Of a DNA stretch of 64,000 nucleotides, positions 54,857 through 63,441 are shown in pieces. The notes below the pieces were generated by a model. That model had not been told where the DNA came from and did not search any database. It saw only the letters and a program-made list of their open reading frames with translations. Positions within the stretch are counted from its first letter, which is position 1; every line of letters begins with the position of its first letter. Location of the stretch: positions 219,824-283,823 of the forward strand of contig CAYZNK010000001.1 of the NCBI GenBank assembly GCA_964479955.1, given 5' to 3'. The position numbers and the translations under genes are program-made. This DNA comes from an uncultured Candidatus Saccharibacteria bacterium. Lineage in GTDB: Bacteria; Patescibacteriota; Minisyncoccia; Minisyncoccales; Staskawiczbacteraceae.

Positions 54857-55318
54857 TTATTTTATCCAGAATCTACCTTTTTTCTTGGTGCTGGCTATTT
54901 TTACATTGTCACCCATAACGCTGAAAAAATGTTTATCTTTTTTTTCCAGTTGTCTTATGACAACTTTTATTATGCAATCGTCAACCTTATCTACAAAAGT
55001 CCAAAAATGGGCAGTCGATTCTATGAGTATTTTTTCTCCGTGGCGATTTACCTTTTCTTTCGTTTCGGTTTTTCTGTAAACTATTTTAGCAGTAGGATTT
55101 TTTATTATTTGTTCAACATAGGAGAGTAAGGTAAAACGTCTTTTTTGTTCGTTTCTTGTTCGTGGAATGCGGCCTTTTCTTAAAAGATGATCAAATCCTG
55201 CGCTTGTAAATAAAACATATTCATCACCCAAAGCAGGGCATTTTATTCTGCCGATTTTTGAGTAAATTTGTTTCGCTTGTTGTTTCGCTTTTTTGTATCC
55301 TAATTTTTGGGCGTCCAT
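54857..55318 (-). CDS. Hypothetical basic protein (153 aa)
   Basis: Plausible protein composition. The overlapping plus-strand ORFs are F/Y-rich shadows. Confidence 0.45.
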   Translation of the reverse strand: MDAQKLGYKKAKQQAKQIYSKIGRIKCPALGDEYVLFTSAGFDHLLRKGRIPRTRNEQKRRFTLLSYVEQIIKNPTAKIVYRKTETKEKVNRHGEKILIESTAHFWTFVDKVDDCIIKVVIRQLEKKDKHFFSVMGDNVKIASTKKKGRFWIK

Positions 55319-55366
55319 AATTTAAAAATTATTTTAATATACCATAATCAAAATAATTTTGTAAAT

Positions 55367-55531
55367 GCGTACTCGTTAAGACACCATTTTGGCACGGATT
55401 TAGCTAAGAAGGGATTTAACAACTCTTTAATTTCGGAAGCATTGGGGCACGCCCAACTTTCGTCATCATTCCAGTACACACAGATCAGAAATAAGGATTT
55501 AGAATTAGCTTTAAGAAAGAGATTAAATTAG
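55367..55531 (+). pseudogene. C-terminal remnant of a tyrosine recombinase/integrase
   Basis: YSLRHHFGTDLAKKGFNNSLISEALGHAQLSSSFQYTQI matches the box II region (LRH...LGH...Y) of tyrosine recombinases. No N-terminal or core domain lies upstream. Confidence 0.6.
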
Positions 55532-55556
55532 GGATACTTGAGGGGCAAGTGAAGCC

Positions 55557-55585
55557 TTGACAAAGATTACTATTAGGTGTATAAT
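55557..55585 (+). promoter_or_regulatory. Consensus sigma-70 promoter TTGACA-17-TATAAT upstream of the radical-SAM gene
   Basis: TTGACA at 55557-55562 and TATAAT at 55580-55585. Lies in AT-rich DNA immediately before the GC-rich ORF. Confidence 0.6.
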
Positions 55586-55651
55586 AAAAATATGTACGTT
55601 GTCAATTAGTTTGTGTTGATCAAGATAAACCCATAACGAAAGGATAGAGCC

Positions 55652-57358
55652 ATGAAACGCGTTCTGAACGTCTTTGTTGCGATATTGATGCTCTTTGCGA
55701 GCTTCGATGTCCGGGCCGAGAAGATTGGGCAAGTCCATGGATTGGACATCAATCTGCTCGGGATGCCATCGCTCGTCTACTTCGACCTGCACGGTCGCGG
55801 AATCGAGTTGAAAAAAGACGAAGTTTTGATAGTGCACTCAGCTTGTATCGTTCAGCACTTCGTCGGCGGCGGCTTTGGTTGGTACCAGGAACTTTATATC
55901 CCGCCAACCGTCCTCAAGATCATGCCGAGAACTATCGACTGCGTGTTGACGCAGACGAGTCTTTCTGCTCCGTCTCGCAGATCCAAGCGGAAGGAATCGG
56001 ACAAGTCAATTGTCTTGATTCAGCCGCAGTATCCGCACGGCGGAAGGAAGCAGACGTATCTGCCAGCAGGAGTTCTGAATCTCGGTAGTCGTCTGACGCA
56101 AGCTGGAGCGGAGGTTGATTTCATCGACCTCAATCGCACAGGATTTCGGGACAGTCTCGCGATTCTGAAACACAGCGACGTTATCGGCATCACAGTTCTT
56201 GGCCCGCCGTACATTCCGGAAGTCATCAAGACTATTCGGATGATTCGACAGGCCGGACTCAATCAGCCGGTAATGGTCGGCGGACAAGGAGTGTCTCTTC
56301 TCAAGGACGAAAGCAATTTTACCAAATGGTTCGACGGCCTCGGGGCAGTTCAAATTAAGACTGCTCAGGAGATCGCCGGCTGTTGCGGAATTGCTCCGGA
56401 GAACATTCCGAGCGAGTACGAAGTTTCGCTGGTACCTATGTTTGAGAAGATGTCTGCGGAAGAACTTCGTGCCTACCTCACCAAGGAGTTCCCGCTTTTT
56501 CTGAGCCAGGGTTGCACATTCAATTGTGCATTCTGTGCCGCAGACAAAGCGAAGAAGGAGAGATATCGCACCAGCGAATCTCTTGCCGAGGAAGTGCGTT
56601 GGATATGCAAATATCTGGCGTCCATCGGACACAAGGAACTTCAGGCGTACCTCAGCAATCTCGACGGCTTTCAAACGCCGAAGGATTTTGAGGAAAAGCT
56701 GACTCTCGTAAAGAAGATTTACGAAGAACACGGAATCGTTCCGCGCCTGCGGTGTCTCGCGACCTCGCGATGCACATTCAAAGCGTGCCAGAAGGATCCG
56801 GAACTTCCAAAGTGTCTTCACGAGTGCGGCCTCGAGGTGGTTGGATTCGGAGCCGACGGCGCCGACGAAGAAGTGTGGGCCAGGCAAAACAAAACCCACA
56901 ATTCGATGTCAGAGCTTCAGACCGCGGCGGATGCGATGGAGAGGGCAGGGATCACTGTGGAGTTTCTGATGGTGTTCGGATTTCAAGACGACAACATCAA
57001 GACGCTCTGGCGTGATTTCAAGTTCTCTATGCGTGAAGCGTGGAAGGGTCGTATCATTCGGCCTTACCTTGCCAAATCGCAAACGCCGGCTGGACGCTGG
57101 CAGACGAACGACCCGCTTGTTGAAGCGATGGTTGCGGACCCGACTCTGCTCTCACGGCTTGATTACGCGATGATCGGTTCTGTGCAAACGCACCCGAAAT
57201 TCTTTCATCGGATGACGGCGAACGGAGCCTATTTGGCTCTTATCGGATTGCTTGCCCCGTTTGGCAAGTGTCCGACTCGTCCGTTGGTTCCGGTGCCGAA
57301 AGGTTTTGGGCGCTCAATCGCACACCTGATCAATCGGTTCATGCCGTTCGACAAATAG
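55652..57358 (+). CDS. B12-binding-domain (class B-like) radical SAM enzyme with an N-terminal signal-peptide-like extension, visibly GC-rich
   Basis: IVLIQPQYP...YLPAGVLNLGSRL...VDFIDLN (B12-binding-like domain) and LSQGCTFNCAFCAA (CxxxCxxC). N-terminal MKRVLNVFVAILMLFASFDVRA. Confidence 0.8.
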   Translation: MKRVLNVFVAILMLFASFDVRAEKIGQVHGLDINLLGMPSLVYFDLHGRGIELKKDEVLIVHSACIVQHFVGGGFGWYQELYIPPTVLKIMPRTIDCVLTQTSLSAPSRRSKRKESDKSIVLIQPQYPHGGRKQTYLPAGVLNLGSRLTQAGAEVDFIDLNRTGFRDSLAILKHSDVIGITVLGPPYIPEVIKTIRMIRQAGLNQPVMVGGQGVSLLKDESNFTKWFDGLGAVQIKTAQEIAGCCGIAPENIPSEYEVSLVPMFEKMSAEELRAYLTKEFPLFLSQGCTFNCAFCAADKAKKERYRTSESLAEEVRWICKYLASIGHKELQAYLSNLDGFQTPKDFEEKLTLVKKIYEEHGIVPRLRCLATSRCTFKACQKDPELPKCLHECGLEVVGFGADGADEEVWARQNKTHNSMSELQTAADAMERAGITVEFLMVFGFQDDNIKTLWRDFKFSMREAWKGRIIRPYLAKSQTPAGRWQTNDPLVEAMVADPTLLSRLDYAMIGSVQTHPKFFHRMTANGAYLALIGLLAPFGKCPTRPLVPVPKGFGRSIAHLINRFMPFDK

Positions 57359-57391
57359 GGTTTGCTTCTTGAGCAAACAAGCGACATTCAT

Positions 57392-57430
57392 GCCCCTGCA
57401 TTCACACGAGTGCAGGGGCGTTTTATTTTT
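57392..57430 (+). terminator. Rho-independent terminator
   Basis: gcccctgca...tgcaggggc followed by ttttattttt. Confidence 0.8.
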
Positions 57431-57436
57431 AAAAAT

Positions 57437-57464
57437 TTGACACGGGTTCTTGCTGGAGTATAAT
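57437..57464 (+). promoter_or_regulatory. Putative promoter TTGACA-16-TATAAT for the dTMP gene cluster
   Basis: TTGACA at 57437-57442 and TATAAT at 57459-57464. Confidence 0.5.
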
Positions 57465-57592
57465 TATAAAAAAGGCACACTAAAATATAAAACTTAGGAA
57501 CTATTATTTTAATGGAAAGCTGGTGGAAATGCACTTGCTTTTTATTTGCTGTAAGTGATAGAATAACTAAACTAAAATTAAATTATAAAAAT

Positions 57593-58249
57593 ATGGAGGA
57601 CAAAAAATATGTTCGCCCTTCGTGGGATGATTATTTTTTAAATTTACTGGACCCAATTGGCAGTAGGGGAACTTGTGACAGAGGAAGAAGCGGAGCTGTA
57701 ATTGTGGGGCCGGAACATACTATAATTGCAACAGGATATGTTGGAGCTCCTCCGGGACAGCCGCATTGCGACGAAGTGGGGCATTTGATGCAGACAGTTA
57801 TCCGTGACGGAAAAGAGTCTCGTCATTGCATAAGAACATTGCATGCGGAAGAAAACGCAATTTTGCAGTGCGCAAGAGACGGCATAAGTGTTAAAGGGGC
57901 CACTATTTATACAAAAATGGTTCCTTGTTATAACTGCGCAATGAGGATAGTAAGGGTTGGAATAAAAAGGGTTGTTGCTTTAAAAAGGTATCATGCAGAT
58001 GAAATGTCCATTAAGCTTTTTAGGGACGCTGAAGTAAATTTGGTTATTATGGATAACACTGTTGAGCAATACAGCAATCAGGGCGGAAATAATTACAGAG
58101 AGGAGGAAAAAAGGAACATAGCAATGAACCTTTCAGAAAACCAAAGGCCTGTTATAGACGAAGACGGGTTTGTGAGCATTAAAGAAGTTTTGATGCAGGA
58201 AGGTAAAAAAGAAAATATTAACAATGGCCAGGGATTTAATGTAAGCTAA
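57593..58249 (+). CDS. dCMP deaminase (ComEB-type) with a roughly 80-aa C-terminal extension
   Basis: HAEENAILQ and PCYNCAMRIV zinc-binding motifs. The ATG at 57593 is preferred. Confidence 0.85.
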   Translation: MEDKKYVRPSWDDYFLNLLDPIGSRGTCDRGRSGAVIVGPEHTIIATGYVGAPPGQPHCDEVGHLMQTVIRDGKESRHCIRTLHAEENAILQCARDGISVKGATIYTKMVPCYNCAMRIVRVGIKRVVALKRYHADEMSIKLFRDAEVNLVIMDNTVEQYSNQGGNNYREEEKRNIAMNLSENQRPVIDEDGFVSIKEVLMQEGKKENINNGQGFNVS

Positions 58250-58258
58250 TCAAATTAT

Positions 58259-58882
58259 ATGGCAAACAAAGACAATGAACAAATTTTAGTTGTAAGGTCC
58301 GATATTATTTTTGGCAAGGAAAAATGGCAGGGACTGAAAACTGATAATTTAGATTATTATTTGGATTTGATAAAAAATAATTATGAATTTAAAAGAAGAG
58401 GAGACATGGAAACAGACAGTTCTTATCAACAAATAATTCCATACATGATTTTCAGCTTTGAAAACCCGGAAAAAAATAAGGAACGCAAATTTTTTGCGTA
58501 TAAGTATATAAAAAATGCGGGGGAGACGCGTTTAATAAATAATGATTATCAGCTTGGCGTGGGAGGACATATAAATAAAGAAGACATAAGCGACAATACA
58601 GATATTTTGGAACAGGGCATGATGCGTGAGTGGGAAGAAGAAGTTGATTTTAGAGGAAAGTTTTTAGATAAAAAATTGGTGGGCATAATCAATGACGACT
58701 CCCGCGAAGTTGAGCAAGTGCACCTTGGACTTGTTTATCATTTTGTGGGGGACAGCCCGGATATAAGCATCAAAGAAACAGATAAAATGGAGGGCAAGAT
58801 GCTTGGATTAAAAGAAATTGGCGAGAATATAGGCCATAGTCCATGGATGCAAATAGTTTATAAAGAATATTTATTAAAATGA
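58259..58882 (+). CDS. Nudix-fold-like hypothetical protein
   Basis: Loose Nudix box GGHINKEDISDNTDILEQGMMREWEEEVDF. 4-nt overlap with tmk. Confidence 0.4.
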   Translation: MANKDNEQILVVRSDIIFGKEKWQGLKTDNLDYYLDLIKNNYEFKRRGDMETDSSYQQIIPYMIFSFENPEKNKERKFFAYKYIKNAGETRLINNDYQLGVGGHINKEDISDNTDILEQGMMREWEEEVDFRGKFLDKKLVGIINDDSREVEQVHLGLVYHFVGDSPDISIKETDKMEGKMLGLKEIGENIGHSPWMQIVYKEYLLK

Positions 58883-59493
58883 TAAAAAATACATATCCAG
58901 GTAAATTTTTTGTTATTGAGGGTCTTGACGGTTCGGGAAAATCAGCTCAAGTTGATTTGGCGATTGATTATTTAAAAGAAAAAGGCAAGGAGGTTGTTGT
59001 TACAAAAGAGCCGACAATAGATTCAGATGCTGGAAAAAAAATAAAACAGGCGTTAAAAAAGGAAATTATTATAGAGCCGTTAGAACTTCAGGGCCTTTAT
59101 GTGCAGGATAGAAAAGAACATTTAGAAAAAAAAGTTATTCCGGCGTTGAAAGAAGGAAAATTTGTTGTTTCATCAAGGTATGCTTTTTCAACTTTTGCAT
59201 ACGGATATTCCGATGGATTAGACGTTGATTTATTGGTAAAAATGAACGATAATTTTTTATTGCCGAATTTGACTATTATAGTTGATGTTTCTCCCGATTC
59301 TTGCGTTAAAAGAATTGAAAACAGGGGAGAAGGAAAAGAATTATTTGAGCAAAAAGAAAAATTAACAAAAGTTAACGAGATTTATAAAAAAATTCCGCAA
59401 ATGTTTGAAAATGTTTTTATGGCGAATGGCGAAAAGTCTATTGAAGAAGTTTTTAAAGAAATCAAAAAAATAATTAACGAAAAAATATTATGA
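58879..59493 (+). CDS. tmk: Thymidylate kinase
   Basis: FFVIEGLDGSGKSAQ P-loop. DRY-like SSRYAFST region. Confidence 0.9.
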   Translation: MIKNTYPGKFFVIEGLDGSGKSAQVDLAIDYLKEKGKEVVVTKEPTIDSDAGKKIKQALKKEIIIEPLELQGLYVQDRKEHLEKKVIPALKEGKFVVSSRYAFSTFAYGYSDGLDVDLLVKMNDNFLLPNLTIIVDVSPDSCVKRIENRGEGKELFEQKEKLTKVNEIYKKIPQMFENVFMANGEKSIEEVFKEIKKIINEKIL

Positions 59494-60203
59494 AAATTTT
59501 GCAAAACGCAGGCAGTTACAGGATATTGGGCATTATGGCCGGCCTTGACGGTGAAAACCCATTGCAGCTTATTGAAAGGGCCGGCAGAACTGCTTATCAA
59601 AGCAGAGATAAAATTACAGATGAATCGGCTTTGAAATTTGCGGAGATTTTAAGAAAAAGAGGTCATGAATCGGTGTTTGAACATTCCTGTATGACAGTTG
59701 AATTCAATGATGTTTCACGCGGAATGACTCACGAATTAGTAAGGCACAGAATTGCGGCTTTTACCCAAGAATCAACAAGATATGTTGATGAAAAAGAATT
59801 CAGAGTTATAGCTCCCCCGGGAAAGGATGTTGAAGAAAAACTGGTTGATTTAAATTTGCCCGGGGCTGAAAATGGGGGATTAAAAGTTTCCCTTAAGGTT
59901 TCTTTCAAAGACTGGATTGATTTAAATGAGCAAATGTACAAAGGTTTAAGAGCTCAAGGCTGGGTTCCGCAAGATGCAAGACAGATTTTACCAACAGGAA
60001 TAAAGTCTCAAATTGTGCTTACTGCAAATCTGCGCGAATGGCGCCATATTTTAAAAATGAGATGCGCCCCTGATTCTCATTGGGAAATAAGGGAGGTAAT
60101 GGTCAAATTATTAAAAGATGTCAAAGAAAGGATACCTATTTTGTTTGACGACTTTGAAATTGCCCAAGATGGACAAAGTGCTATATTAACAAAGCCCCAG
60201 TAA
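59490..60203 (+). CDS. thyX: FAD-dependent thymidylate synthase ThyX
   Basis: ThyX motif RHRIAAFTQESTRY. Confidence 0.9.
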   Translation: MKILQNAGSYRILGIMAGLDGENPLQLIERAGRTAYQSRDKITDESALKFAEILRKRGHESVFEHSCMTVEFNDVSRGMTHELVRHRIAAFTQESTRYVDEKEFRVIAPPGKDVEEKLVDLNLPGAENGGLKVSLKVSFKDWIDLNEQMYKGLRAQGWVPQDARQILPTGIKSQIVLTANLREWRHILKMRCAPDSHWEIREVMVKLLKDVKERIPILFDDFEIAQDGQSAILTKPQ

Positions 60204-60258
60204 TAGAAATCAAAAATGGCTTGAAACTCAAGTCATTTTTTTGTATCATTTATAAATT

Positions 60259-61038
60259 ATGGCAATTAGTAAAGAGTTTTTACCAATATTGGAGGCTGCT
60301 AAGGCAGGGGGAAAAATTGTCAAAAAATATTTTGGCAAGGTTTTGGACATTGAAGGGAAATCAATACCATGTGATTTTAGGACAAGAGCAGATTTAGAAT
60401 CCGAAAAGGTAATACTAAAAATATTATCAAAAAATTTCCCTGAATATAATATTTTTTCTGAAGAGGCTGGAGAAATAAATAAAAATTCAGAGTATACATT
60501 TTATGTTGACCCCTTGGATGGAACAAATAATTTTATTCTTGGAATTCCGTATTTTTCAGTAAGTATTGGTTTGATGAAAGACAGTAAAATAATTTTTGGG
60601 GTGGTTTATAATCCCATTGTTGATAATATATATTATGCAGAGGATGGCAAGGGAGCATTTTTAGATGGAAAGAGAATAAAGGTTAATAATGAATCTGATA
60701 TAAAAAATTGTTCTGTTTCGTTGGTTGTAAATTACGGTTTTTCGGTTGATAATTTTATAAAAATGGTAAGAAATTTGTATAAAAAAGATGTCAAAAGAGT
60801 TTTAAAATTTTGGTCAGTTGCCTTAGATTATTGCCTTTTGGCTTCGGGAAAAATTGAGGCAGTTGTTCTATACGATGTTCCCTTGTATGATTTTGTAGCG
60901 GGGAAAATAATTGTCACAGAGGCTGGGGGATTGGTTAGTGATTTTAACGGCAGGGAATTGAAGAATGATAGACAGAATATTTTTTTGGCAAGCAATGGAA
61001 CAAAAATTCATAAAAAAATATTAGAATCTTTAAAATAA
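60259..61038 (+). CDS. Inositol monophosphatase family protein (SuhB-like)
   Basis: FSEE, and VDPLDGTNNF. Confidence 0.85.
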   Translation: MAISKEFLPILEAAKAGGKIVKKYFGKVLDIEGKSIPCDFRTRADLESEKVILKILSKNFPEYNIFSEEAGEINKNSEYTFYVDPLDGTNNFILGIPYFSVSIGLMKDSKIIFGVVYNPIVDNIYYAEDGKGAFLDGKRIKVNNESDIKNCSVSLVVNYGFSVDNFIKMVRNLYKKDVKRVLKFWSVALDYCLLASGKIEAVVLYDVPLYDFVAGKIIVTEAGGLVSDFNGRELKNDRQNIFLASNGTKIHKKILESLK

Positions 61039-61040
61039 AT

Positions 61041-62525
61041 ATGACATATAAGCCAACAATAGGTTTAGAAATTCACGCAGAGCTGAAAACTGTTTCCAAA
61101 ATGTTTTGCTCGTGCAAAAATGACCCCGATGAAAAAAGGCCAAATTATAATATTTGTCCTGTTTGTACTGCGCAGCCGGGAACTCTGCCTGTTGCAAACA
61201 GGCAGGCAATTGAGAATGTAATTAAAGCAGGACTGGCTTTAAATTGTAAGATTGCCAAAGAATCAAAGTTTGACAGGAAAAACTATTTTTATCCGGATTT
61301 ACCAAAGGGATATCAGATCTCGCAGTATGACCAGCCTTTGTGTGAAAAAGGATATTTGGAGATAGAAGGCAGAAAAATTGGCATTACAAGGATACATTTG
61401 GAAGAAGACACCGGAAGCTTGGTGCATCTTTTCGAGCCCGAAGGTTCTCAGAACCGAAAGCCTGAAGGAGCAGATTATTCTTTAGTTAATTTAAATAGGG
61501 CCGGAGTTCCTTTAATGGAATTGGTAACAGAACCGGACATAACTTCCGGTAAAGAAGCAAGGATGTTTGCAGAAGAATTGCAGATGATTTTAAGATATCT
61601 GGGAGTTTCTTTTGCTGATATGGAAAAGGGGCAGATGAGGGTTGAAGTAAATATTTCTGTAAGCAAAACCGATAAGCTGGGAACAAAAGTTGAAATTAAA
61701 AATTTGAACTCATTTAAAGTTGTTGAAAAAGCAGTTGACTTTGAAATAAAAAGGCAGACAGAAGTTTTGGAAGAAGGGAAAAAAGTGGTTCAAGAAACAA
61801 GGGGCTGGCATGATAAAAAAGAAATTACTTTTTCACAAAGAGAAAAGGAAGAGGCGCATGATTATAGATATTTCCCTGAGCCCGATTTGCCTTCTATGAA
61901 TTTTGAAGACAACTACATTGAAGAAATAAAGGTTAAGATTCCCGAGTTGCCTCAGCAAAAAAGAGAAAGATTTGCTAAAGAATATGGATTAGATGATTCT
62001 TCAATAGAAATTTTTGTTGTTAACAAGGATTTAAGCGAATATTTTGAAAAAGTTGTTTCTGAATTTGAAGAATGGACAGAGGAGCAAGAAAATAATAAAG
62101 AGCACAAAAAAGTATCAAAATTAGTTGCTAACTATTTGATTACAGACATCAACGGCTTGTTGGCCGAAAAGGAATTTGCAGAAACTAATTTTAAGATAAC
62201 TCCGGAAAATTTTGCCGAGTTTATAAAGATGATTTACAAAGGAGAAATTACATCCAAAGTGGCTAAAATGGTTTTAGCAGATATGTTTAATACTGGTTCT
62301 GACCCGTCTAATATAGTTGACGAAAATAATTTAAGGCAGATGTCAGATGATGGGGAATTGGAAAAAATAATAAAAGAAGTTGTTGCAAAGAATCCAAAAG
62401 CAGTTGAAGATTACAAGGCAGGCAAACAGAACTCAATTCAATTTTTGGCAGGCCAGGTCATGGCTGCCACTAGAGGAACAGCCAACCCAGAAAAGGTTAG
62501 AAACGTTCTTAAGAGTATTTTATAA
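61041..62525 (+). CDS. gatB: Asp/Glu-tRNA(Asn/Gln) amidotransferase subunit B
   Basis: IGLEIHAELKT, PVCTAQPGTLPV, RKNYFYPDLPKGYQISQ, and a YqeY-like C-terminal tail. Confidence 0.95.
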   Translation: MTYKPTIGLEIHAELKTVSKMFCSCKNDPDEKRPNYNICPVCTAQPGTLPVANRQAIENVIKAGLALNCKIAKESKFDRKNYFYPDLPKGYQISQYDQPLCEKGYLEIEGRKIGITRIHLEEDTGSLVHLFEPEGSQNRKPEGADYSLVNLNRAGVPLMELVTEPDITSGKEARMFAEELQMILRYLGVSFADMEKGQMRVEVNISVSKTDKLGTKVEIKNLNSFKVVEKAVDFEIKRQTEVLEEGKKVVQETRGWHDKKEITFSQREKEEAHDYRYFPEPDLPSMNFEDNYIEEIKVKIPELPQQKRERFAKEYGLDDSSIEIFVVNKDLSEYFEKVVSEFEEWTEEQENNKEHKKVSKLVANYLITDINGLLAEKEFAETNFKITPENFAEFIKMIYKGEITSKVAKMVLADMFNTGSDPSNIVDENNLRQMSDDGELEKIIKEVVAKNPKAVEDYKAGKQNSIQFLAGQVMAATRGTANPEKVRNVLKSIL

Positions 62526-63441
62526 AGTTTTTAACTAACTTATCGGCCTGTTTTTGATTTTTAATCCAATTGATTTTTTTATCTCTTTTAAACCAAGTCA
62601 TCTGGCGTTTGGCAAAATGTTCTGACTCTATTTGAATTTTACCCACCATTTCTTGTTGGGTAATTTTATTTTGAAGATACTGCGCAACAAATTTGTACTC
62701 TAAGCCAAATTCTTCAAGTCTTTTCCATGATAATCCCGATTTGTGAAGGTTTTTTACTTCGTTTATAAGAGCATTATTTTTTAACCGATTTTGCAGCCTT
62801 TTTTGAATATTTTTTCTTAATTCTTCATGAGATTTATTTATGCCAATTTGTAGAATTTCAAAATTATTTCTTTTAAAGTCTTGTTTTAACTTAGGCACCG
62901 GTTTTTTTGTAGACATTATAATTTCCAATGCCCTTATAAGCCTGCGGGGATTATATTTATCAATATTTTTTGCTCTTCTTGGGTCTTTTTTCAAAAGCAA
63001 GCTATATAATTCTTGAATAGACTTTTTCTCTAATTCTTTCCTTAATTTCCAGTTTGGTTTTACTTCTGGAATTAAAATATCATTAACAATTGACTGTATA
63101 TAAAATCCTGTTCCGCCAACTAAAATTGGAAGCTTGCCTCTTTTTTGAATATTTTTTATTGCCTTCAGCGCAAGTTTTTGATACTGGGAAACCGTAAATT
63201 TTCTTTTTGGGTTTGCAACGTCTAGGAGATAATGGGGGACACCTTGCATTTCTTTTTTGGTTATTTTGCCGGAGCCAACATCCAGGCCTTTGTAAACCTG
63301 CCTTGAGTCAGCCGAAAGCACCTGACCATTATATTTTTTGGCTAGCTTTATAGATAGGTCAGTTTTTCCGGAAGCCGTTGGGCCTAAAATAACCAATAAT
63401 TTACCTGCCTGCCGGACAGGCAGATTTTTTCTTTTTTGCAT
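62509..63441 (-). CDS. miaA: tRNA dimethylallyltransferase MiaA
   Basis: ILGPTASGKT P-loop, and VGGTGFYI. Confidence 0.9.
   Translation of the reverse strand: MQKRKNLPVRQAGKLLVILGPTASGKTDLSIKLAKKYNGQVLSADSRQVYKGLDVGSGKITKKEMQGVPHYLLDVANPKRKFTVSQYQKLALKAIKNIQKRGKLPILVGGTGFYIQSIVNDILIPEVKPNWKLRKELEKKSIQELYSLLLKKDPRRAKNIDKYNPRRLIRALEIIMSTKKPVPKLKQDFKRNNFEILQIGINKSHEELRKNIQKRLQNRLKNNALINEVKNLHKSGLSWKRLEEFGLEYKFVAQYLQNKITQQEMVGKIQIESEHFAKRQMTWFKRDKKINWIKNQKQADKLVKNFIKYS

Noticed and set aside
54827-55129. Two plus-strand ORFs (100 aa and 78 aa) rich in F/Y/L
   Set aside because: Their composition is typical of the antisense of a Lys/Glu-rich gene. The minus-strand 153-aa ORF is the more protein-like reading.
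56006-56899. 297-aa minus-strand ORF and other overlapping ORFs inside the radical-SAM gene
   Set aside because: These are shadow frames of a GC-rich coding region. Only the plus-strand frame carries CxxxCxxC and the B12-binding-like domain.
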